In this document: one piece after another, positions 62,986 through 64,000 of the stretch
How the letters are laid out: every line of letters starts with the position of its first letter
Numbering within the stretch: the first letter of the stretch is position 1
Assembly: GCA_002104905.1 (NCBI GenBank)
Contig: MCFE01000295.1
Span: 37,639 to 101,638 of the forward strand
Source of the DNA: Basidiobolus meristosporus CBS 931.73
Lineage: Eukaryota; Fungi; Basidiobolomycota
DNA: 64,000 nt
Direction of reading: 5' to 3'
The notes under the pieces: model-generated
Database searches by the model: none
What the model was told of the DNA's origin: nothing
The model's input: only the letters and a program-made list of their open reading frames with translations
Position numbers and translations under genes: made by a program

Positions 62986-64000
62986 GCTGCCGGTTTACAG
63001 TCTTCCATTTTGTACTTCTTTAGTATATCTTGAATATACTTGGATTGGCTTAGGGTGATAGTCTGGGTACTTCTGTCTATGGAGAACTTAATCCCTAAGT
63101 AGTAACTGAGTTCTCCTAGATTGAACATCTTGAACTCCTTAGATAGGCTGGATTTAGTCTCTTCCAATGTTTCTAGGTTATTGGCGGCTATAATAAGATC
63201 ATCCACATATAGAGCTAATAGAACTGGATTTGCTCTATCTGGCTTATAGTATATACTATAGTCAGCATCACTCCTTTTGAAACTCAAAGATTCCAAATAA
63301 GAATCTATCTTGCAATTCCAGGCTCTTGGTGATTGTTTGAGACCATATAGTGACTTTTTAAGCTTGCTGAGCAAATGGGGGTTATCTTGGTCAACAAACT
63401 CATCAGGCTGGTCCATATACATGTCCTCATCAAGTTCTCCATTCAAAAATGCAGTTTTTACATCCATTTGATGAATAAAAAACTTATATTTGGCTGCAAT
63501 AGCCAATATTAATCTGATGGAATTAAACTTGGCTACCAGTGCAAAGGTCTCAGTACAGTCAAGTCCTTTTGTGTGAGAGTATCCTTTGGCTACAAGTCTT
63601 GCTTTGTATCTTTCAATTGTACCATCAGCCTTGTATTTTGTCTTGAAGACCCATCTGCATCCAATTGATTTTTGGTTGATTGGTAATTTGACTAAGTCCC
63701 AAGTTTGATTTTCCATCAGTGCCTGATATTCCTCAGTCATTGCAGATCTCCAAAACTTCATCTGAGGGCTATTTAGGGCCTCTTTTACCGTCTGGGGTTC
63801 ATCAATATGGACTGAATAGGCATAGGCTAAGTTTGTACCCTCATTGATATAGTAATATGGGCTATTTCTTGTCCAATTTGATCTCCAGGCATTTGATACT
63901 GGAATGATCACTTCTGGGATATTCCTGGGCACTGATTCTGGCTGAACCACAGTTGTAGAGTCCTCTGGAGTGAAAAAATTTCATTGTTTTGCTCTAATTC
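62986..64000 (-). mobile_element. Second young Copia B copy (B2), IN-RT part, running out of the window
   Basis: Nearly identical to 59420-60435; joins the B1 5' LTR exactly at CKPAA. Confidence 0.95.

Noticed and set aside
1-64000. Classical CpA-type RIP, and any host protein-coding, tRNA or rRNA gene
   Set aside because: CA and TG remain abundant and diagnostic changes are at CG (judged by eye, not computed). Nearly all of the window is assignable to TE or NUMT sequence and no remaining ORF resembles a host gene.

Overview
No host gene is recognisable. The window is a nested transposon graveyard from a eukaryote, most likely a fungus (inferred from a cob NUMT and the TE types). The oldest layer is a decayed CACTA/EnSpm-like family ('X') present as many rearranged fragments. 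Inserted into it are: two Ty1/Copia families (A: 4 copies, one nearly intact with a perfect TSD; B: one young copy, a second partial young copy, relics and solo LTRs); a full-length Ty3/Gypsy plus two Gypsy relics; solo LTRs of other families; and a PIF/Harbinger-superfamily DDE element (29474-38566, AG..CT ends, 3-bp ANT target duplication). That element is invisible in the ORF track and has a matching 211-bp MITE (5550-5760) with a 10-bp-phased TGGCAC array. A mitochondrial fragment (cob codons 1 to ~200 plus a group I intron core) sits inside a Copia 5' LTR. Both Copia families have the half-tRNA (anticodon-loop) iMet primer site, while the Gypsy uses a 3'-CCA-end site. CpG is strongly depleted and many stops are CGA>TGA, pointing to CpG methylation and deamination. 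All alignments and difference counts were done by eye and need computational confirmation.
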